In this document: positions 56,770 through 64,000 of the stretch, in pieces | How the letters are laid out: each line of letters opens with the position of its first letter | Position numbering within the stretch: the stretch's first letter is position 1 | Source of the DNA: Eledone cirrhosa | Taxonomy: Eukaryota | Direction: 5' to 3' | DNA: 64,000 nucleotides | Assembly (NCBI GenBank): GCA_964016885.1 | Contig: OZ024740.1 | Coordinates: forward strand, 214,644,001 to 214,708,000 | Program-made: the position numbers and the translations under genes | Notes under the pieces: generated by a model | Seen by the model: the letters and a program-made list of their open reading frames with translations, nothing else | What the model was told of the DNA's origin: nothing | Database searches by the model: none

Positions 56770-56922
56770 GCAGCCAATTGGTAGAATCGTTAGAACGTCG
56801 GATAGAATGATTTGCAGTATTCGTTCTGATTCACTACTCTCTGAGTTCAAATCCCACCAGTATAAATTTAGCCTTTCATACATTTGAGGTTGCTAAAAAT
56901 GTACCAGTCAAGTACTGGTGTC
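56770..56922 (+). mobile_element. Diverged SINE-A
   Basis: gagttcaaatcc B-box and gcctttcat core. Confidence 0.7.
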
Positions 56923-57421
56923 AAATATTTCTCTATATCTCTTTCTCATTCTCCATCCTTTTCTGGAAGAAATCTGCTATAATCAGAACGGGTGAGAAGA
57001 TGGACTCCACCAGGTTTAAAGATGCCCTAGAAAATCCATATGTCAATATGGCGTCCCTACGAATCCCACGGGAGTTACAGGACCATACATACATACTTTG
57101 TTAATAGATTTCATCTGAAACGCTATATCTCTTCTTCACATCATAATCGTCGTCAATATTTCTACAGGCTACAGTCTTGAAATTTGGGCAAATATCGCTT
57201 TGCAAAAAATGTTCAGTTTTTGTTATTTGTTTAACTTGTATTATAACTTTGCCTCCACCGTTCTTTAGTGTCATCCTGACCTATTTATCTATCTATCTAT
57301 CTGTGCTGATACACATCTTTTTCCATTCAGTCGGTTTATACTCCCCATTATTGGACTATTTTATTTAGTCAAATGATAAATAAATAAATATATTTATCTA
57401 TCTAATTATCTATCTATTATT

Positions 57422-57603
57422 TGTGAATTGGCAGTATCGGTAGAGGGTCGGTCATGCTTTCCAGCATAGTTACGTCCCTTTACGATCTGAGTTCAAATCC
57501 CGCCGAGGTTAACTTTGCCTTTCATCCTTACGGGGTCGATAAAATAAAGTACCAGTAATGTACTGGATAATTGCTGGCCTTGTGCTAAAAGTAAAAATAT
57601 TAT
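57422..57603 (+). mobile_element. SINE-A
   Basis: Head, core and tail match. Confidence 0.9.
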
Positions 57604-57680
57604 TTATCTATCTCTATCCCTCTCGCCCTCTCTCTCTCTCTCATTACACACAGACACACACACACATATATATATATATA

Positions 57681-57723
57681 TAACGCACCAGAGTACTCAA
57701 TACGTAGGGTAGTAGACTCTTTT

Positions 57724-57759
<36 letters not shown>

Positions 57760-57838
57760 AAAAGAGTCTACTACCCTACGTATAGAGTACTCTGGTGCGT
57801 TATGGTCAGCTTGGTATCTTACCACACCCTCTTTGTTA
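57681..57838. mobile_element. Palindrome of the half-hammerhead family's 3' part, centred on (TA)n
   Basis: taacgcaccagagtactc...cttttcc-(TA)n-ggaaaag...gagtactctggtgcgtta plus tail. Confidence 0.8.
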
Positions 57839-57885
57839 TATTTATATATATATATATATATATGTGTATGTGTGTGTGTGTGTGT

Positions 57886-58060
57886 AAAAGATAAACAGAA
57901 AAAACAACACAATCGGTACAGTATATGGAAGGGATATATTAGGTTAACGCTTGATATAGCAGGAAGAGGGTCTTAACGTTTCGGACGCCTTCACCAGAAG
58001 AAAGATTGAGAAATAAGATAGATTGAGGGGACGGGTGGGTTGGAATTAGAAAAAATGTCT
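57886..58060 (-). mobile_element. PLE pLTR fragment with degenerate minimal hammerhead (57972-58000); sister copy 62086-62310
   Basis: ctt-CTGgTGA-aggcgtcc-GAAA-cgttaag; shares cgcttgatata.cagga with about 62155-62171. Confidence 0.55.
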
Positions 58061-58288
58061 TATATATATATATATATATATATATAGTATTAAGGATACT
58101 ATTTATGGTTATGTATATACTAAAACCTTTTATAGTTATATATATTTTAAACCCTAAACAGTGAAAGAGAGTAATTTATTACTACCTTATTACCAGTAAG
58201 ATAAATAGCTCAATGTAATAATATCAGTTGTTCTACAGAGCAGTTATATAGAAATTACATGAATCAAAGTTCTGTTCAAATCATTTAT

Positions 58289-58337
58289 TCGCTTACAATT
58301 GTTTCTTCCAAACCGAGGTTTGGAGTCTTCGGAGCAA
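58289..58337 (-). ncRNA. Hammerhead-like motif (U4C variant)
   Basis: Reverse-complement copy of 61732-61780. Confidence 0.6.
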
Positions 58338-58781
58338 TTTTTCAATGATTGTTTACATACATGACCTCCTTTCCAACACAAGAGACATGCAGAAACATAT
58401 GTGTATATTGATGCACAGTGGGTTGACATCCATTATAATATTCAAGCATGGCAATTTACATTCAAAGATTAAAGTCATATTAAAAGAAAATTACAACAAA
58501 ACTAAAGTTATAATACAACATTGGCAGTTTACGAAGATGATGCAGGAGGATAGTTAGAAGTAGTTAGTGTATGCAATAGTTACACGTGGGGCATGCACGT
58601 GTGTCCTATTTATATAAGATTATAGTGCGGTAAGGTGTTATATGGAATATAAGCACTTTAAGCGGGCAATCAAGAGTATTATGAGGGTTGTATAGTATTT
58701 TATATTTATGATATAGAAGCTTGTGTGCAGAGAAATATTTAAAATATTTAAAATATTAAGAATGAGAAGCAAAAGAGTGTT

Positions 58782-60254
58782 ATGGCGCAGGTCACTGATT
58801 TGGTCGGCCTATATTTACTTAACGAAATCCATAAGGACCTTCCATACCTCAACGGTGGTTTGTACCGCGATGGTGCACTTCTACTTATAGACTATAAAAA
58901 ATTCAATATAGAAAGAACTAGAAAACTATTGCACAAGACATTCAAAAACTATAACCTTAGTATCACCATGGACAAAAACACTAAAAACGTTAACTTCCTG
59001 GACGCCACCCTCTACCTAGGCTCAAAGATATATACACCTTTCCATAAACCTAACGAAAAACTCATTTACGTAGATACCAAGTCTAACCACCCTAGATCAA
59101 TATTAAACTCTATCTCTAAGGGAGTATCCAATAGAATATCTAATCTATCATATGACATAAACATATTTAGCAAAAACTCGCAATATTATAATCAGGCATT
59201 AGCTAGATCAGGCCATAATATAGAGATCGAGTTCCTACCTACAAAAACACATAGCTACAACATTATTTCGCACAATATGTCCATGAGGAAATTTAGTAAT
59301 AAGAATAGCAACCACACACACACTAATACGGTGGATGCCAACAAAAGTAACCCACACCACAGTAATTACCATAGTACCATAAAAGGAAACAACTCACCAG
59401 GCATAAAAAACGAAAATAGAGGAAGAAATAATACATTTTTCAACCCTCCTTTCAATCTAAACGTCTCTACCAACCTACCTAGAGCTTTCTTCTCACTCCT
59501 AGATAAAAACTTCCCATCTGGCCACAAGTACCATAGCCTTTTAAACAAAAACACCATTAAAATCTCCTACTCTACTACGCCTAACATAGCATACCACATA
59601 GCTAGTAGCAATAAAAGAAAAATTAATTCTTACTTCCAACAAACTAAATCACAACAGGCGATAAACCTTCATAATAACATTATATGAACTAACCCTAATA
59701 ACAATAGTAATAATAGTAATATCACTAGTGTAAGCAATAACGCTGGGAACATCAACCCCCATAACCATAATCCTATAGCTACCATGCGGACTTCTACACA
59801 ACATAATAACCGACAGACTAACACCCAGAATAATTGTAACTGTCGATCAAATAGAACCTGCCTTTTAGATAAAAAATGCTTAATCAAGGATATAATATAC
59901 TCATGCACCGTCACAACTAACAACTCTTCTGAAACCTATATAGGGTCTACTTCAAACTGCTTCAAAACTAGATACAATTCACACCTCCACTCTTTCAAAA
60001 AACACAGTACCACTTCACTATCTAGCTACATACACTATCTAAAAACTAAAAATAAATATTATACACTTAAATGGGAAGTGATAGGTAACGCGACATCGTA
60101 AAAACCACCTAATAAATTTTGTAACCTCTGTCTACTCGAGACCCATACTATTATCTTCTCAAACTGTAACCTCCTTAATAAAAAATCAGAAGTGTTCGCG
60201 TCTTGCCATCACCGCTTCCGACACTCCTTCCAAAACTTTAAACCCAATATATAA
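58782..60254 (+). pseudogene. PLE reverse transcriptase C-terminal half and GIY-YIG endonuclease, inactivated
   Basis: AQVTDLVGLYLL, GLYRDG (catalytic DD changed to DG), VNFLDATL, SNHP, FNPPF, CNCR..CLL..CL..IIY..YIGST..FKTRY..H, CNLCLLE, CHH; stops at 59685 and 60099. Confidence 0.92.
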
Positions 60255-61731
60255 CAATGTCAGACTTGAAACCGTCACCACCTCTAGCACCAAACCTCAA
60301 GGGCAAACCTTACACCACATCTCCACACTCAATGATCCACATTAACACGAATAGTGACTTCCTTCTAGAACCTTTTACCCTAGAGATATCCCCATGTACA
60401 TCTACTTTTGGTATATTTGCCTTCAATTACTTAGACTACATTACACCACTATATAATTAATGTAAACTTTAAACACTGAATGGGTTGTGCTAATGTTGTT
60501 CTGTGTATGGAGTGCCATCATTGGATAAATGGAAGATTAATTAATTTATTAACATAAAAGAACTATATAACCTATATGCTGGGTACAATGAATTATGTAC
60601 AAGTGATATATGAGTTATACATACATGTATGACTTGATGGTCAGATTAGTGACATTGTAAGTGAGAATTGATCTCTGGTCTACCCTAGTGATATTTAACT
60701 TTGCCATGCAATCAGACATGCACTGACCCAGAGCTTACCATGAGTTATATATAGAAGTGATTATAAAAAAACCCTGCCAGGTTCTGCGGGTAGACTACAC
60801 TTACAAAGATCATTGATTTGGGGATCTGACTCTTCATGTAGAATATTCAGTTGTGGCACTCTATGATAGAGGGTAATCATCCTAATATGAACACCTTTAG
60901 TACTTCTTAATGGACTAGACTGTAATTTAAAGATAGGATACTTATACTTAGAAACTGTTTATAACCTTATATGATAGGGACTCATGTGTGACAACATTTA
61001 ATGTACATTACAATAATAAATTTTAGTTATAGAAATCAGCTAGTTACCTCCCCTCACGCATTAACTCCCCTTAATCACACACACACTTCCGGAAAATAAT
61101 ACGATGTTAAGCCTCGCTACAAAAACAACCTGCTCTATAATATTGGATTAAAGAACAACAAGCTGTAATATTCCAACCTAATTCATCAAGCATCCAATAT
61201 TGAATCATCGTAGATTATGTGAAGGACATATAATCTATATATTACGTTTCCTGGATTGTGAAAATGGTGGTGTATACGAAAAACCATAACACTGTTTTGC
61301 TTCTAATTCTTAATATTTTAAATATTTTAAATATTTCTCTGCACACAAGCTTCTATATCATACATATAAAATACTATACAACCCTCATAATACTCTTGAT
61401 TGCCCGCTTAAAGTGCTTATATTCCATATAACACCTTACCGCACTAATATATTATATAAATAGGACACACGTGCATGCCCCACGTGTAACTATTGCATAC
61501 ACTAACTACTTCTAACTATCCTCCTGCATCATCTTCGTAAACTGCCAATGTTGTATTATAACTTTAATTTTGTTGTAATTTTCTTTTAATATGACTTTAA
61601 TCTTTGAATGTAAATTGCCATGCTTGAATATTATAATGGATGTCAACCCACTGTGCATCAATATATACATATGTTTCTGCATGTCTCTTGTGTTGGAAAG
61701 GAGGTCATGTATGTAAACAATCATTGAAAAA

Positions 61732-61780
61732 TTGCTCCGAAGACTCTAAACCTCGGTTTGGAAGAAACAATTGTAAGCGA
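61732..61780 (+). ncRNA. Hammerhead-like motif (U4C variant)
   Basis: ttgct-CCGAAGA-ctctaaacc-tc-ggtttggaa-GAAA-caattg-TA-agcga. Confidence 0.62.
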
Positions 61781-61813
61781 ATAAATGATTTGAACAGAAC
61801 TTTGATTCATGTA

Positions 61814-61904
<91 letters not shown>

Positions 61905-62033
61905 TACCAGATTAAAGTTTAAGCAAAGAATCGCTACTTTCATCCTACGGTTCTTATATATTAGATATATATTTGATATATATTTATCCTTATCGAGCCC
62001 TCTTTGGATTTTAGTCTTCATATTTATTATTAT

Positions 62034-62085
<52 letters not shown>

Positions 62086-62089
<4 letters not shown>

Positions 62090-62310
62090 AAAAGGTAAAC
62101 GGAAACAACGAGGCAAACAAAACAGTATAATGTAGAAATATATTATATTAATGCCGCTTGATATACCAGGAAAAGATTTACGTTTCGGACATTGTTCCTT
62201 CATTAGAAGATAGACTAAGAAATAAAAGTTGAATAGTTGAGAGAGAGAAGAGGAAGGAAAGGGAAAATAACTGTTTTGAGAAAAAGCGCGTGAGTGTTCA
62301 GTCATCCATT
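62086..62310 (-). mobile_element. PLE pLTR fragment with degenerate minimal hammerhead (62177-62210)
   Basis: tctt-CTaATGA-aggaacaatgtcc-GAAA-cg-TA; abuts (TA)n. Confidence 0.55.
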
Positions 62311-62366
62311 TTGGAGAAATATATTTGTTTATGTAAGTATAAATTATGTATGTAAGTACTATGTAA

Positions 62367-62407
<41 letters not shown>

Positions 62408-62500
62408 CATGTGTGTATATATATGTAGGTATAAATTATGTATTTGTGTATGTGTAAATATATATATATATTATACACAGACACGCACACACACATACAC

Positions 62501-62545
<45 letters not shown>

Positions 62546-62571
62546 GAGAGAGAGAGTGAGAGAGAGAGAGC

Positions 62572-62623
<52 letters not shown>

Positions 62624-62949
62624 AGAGAGATTTCATATGAGGAAAACACGAGTAACATTATATCATGTCTATTGATTCCTTCAGCAGAATTCGTAGATGA
62701 AGAATTTCCAAAGATATTACAATGAGAATCAACAGAAAACATGTTGCAGAAGGTGTGTATGTGTGTATATACATACATACACATATGAGTATGTAAAGAA
62801 GCTATACATACACACACATACACACATATGTGTGTGTGTGTGTGTATGTAAGTATGAATGGTCCGACTTTTTTCCATATAATTCAGGTTTTGGAAATTGA
62901 AATTTATGGCATGCCCACATAAATGTGTATATATATATATAATTATATG

Positions 62950-63020
<71 letters not shown>

Positions 63021-63068
63021 ATGTTGTATAATATACTATATATATATATATATATTGTATAATATAGA

Positions 63069-63109
<41 letters not shown>

Positions 63110-63119
63110 ATAATATAGA

Positions 63120-63153
<34 letters not shown>

Positions 63154-63276
63154 AAATACAGTTATATATCTTCTCTTTATACACTGTAAATATATAGACA
63201 ATTATTCGGATGTCATAAATTTCAATTTCCAACACCTGCATTGCATGGGGAAATAATTGCTGCATGTATATAGATG

Positions 63277-63355
<79 letters not shown>

Positions 63356-63473
63356 ATATATATACATATATATATATACATATATATATATGTATATATA
63401 TATGTATGTATGTATATGCACACACATATATAAATACATATATCTATATAGCTATATATGTAAACATATATAC

Positions 63474-63512
<39 letters not shown>

Positions 63513-63572
63513 AAGTAATTCCGTCGGAAAAGTCCAGGAAAAAAGAGTGCTCCATGTAGGTAACAGAGCTTA

Positions 63573-63844
63573 ATAGTTATATAATAAACAACATAAGGCA
63601 ATTATTTCATTTACCAGTGGTTTCTTAAAAGCAAACAAATTTTGATTTCAATCATCATAATGAAAAAATCCTGGTGTATTTATTGGCATTGGATTTTAAA
63701 AACCAATCCAATTGGTTTTAAAATCCAATGCCAATAAATACACCACGATTTTTTCATTCTGATGATTGAAATCAAAATTTGTTTGCTTTTAAGAAACCAC
63801 TGGTAAATGAAATAATTGCCTTATGTTGTTTATTACATAACTAT
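63573..63844. mobile_element. Fold-back unit: about 270-bp palindrome centred near 63709
   Basis: ggattttaaaaaccaat-cca-attggttttaaaatcc centre; hammerhead in each arm; (TA)n on the right. Confidence 0.9.
63752..63812 (+). ncRNA. Type-I hammerhead ribozyme motif; the opposite-arm copy 63605-63665 has a core C3A change
   Basis: tttcatt-CTGATGA-ttgaaa...ttttaa-GAAA-ccactgg-TA-aatgaaa. Confidence 0.82.
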
Positions 63845-63886
63845 ATATATATATATAGTTATGTAATATATATATTGTTTATTACA

Positions 63887-63921
<35 letters not shown>

Positions 63922-64000
63922 TTAATACATAAGGAAATAAAGAATCACTGTTGTATCATATACATATTTAATTACATATTACATATGTTTCACTGTCGAT

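Larger units (their letters stand above)
58087..61818 (+). mobile_element. 5'-truncated Penelope-like element with inverted pLTRs (58251-58785 / 61283-61818)
   Basis: About 535-bp inverted arms enclosing RT and GIY-YIG remnants; microsatellite flanks. Confidence 0.93.

Noticed and set aside
58244-58557. Duplicated small ORFs (also 61512-61915)
   Set aside because: Identical only because they lie in the inverted pLTRs; no coding features.

Overview
AT-rich, microsatellite-saturated animal (metazoan) non-coding DNA. The SINE, LINE and microsatellite make-up looks like an octopus/cephalopod genome (inference). I cannot support any intact host protein-coding gene; nearly all listed ORFs are artefacts of simple repeats. 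Recognisable coding sequence is all retrotransposon-derived and decayed: a near full-length R4/Dong-clade element (23788-28012) plus three 3' fragments, all in (CATA)n; RTE-clade pieces; a CR1-like 3' end; and two Penelope-like elements (PLEs) with RT/GIY-YIG remnants. Many tRNA-derived SINEs and mariner- and hAT-type MITEs are also present. The most striking pattern is at least 10 fold-back (inverted-repeat) units embedded in (TA)n tracts. Most carry type-I hammerhead ribozyme motifs with a short palindromic stem III, often once on each strand, with 3' ends facing outward. They range from 3.7-kb PLE remnants to about 200-bp non-coding hairpins. One family always breaks or folds at the ribozyme stem II. 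All structures were read by eye, so coordinates may be off by a few bases.
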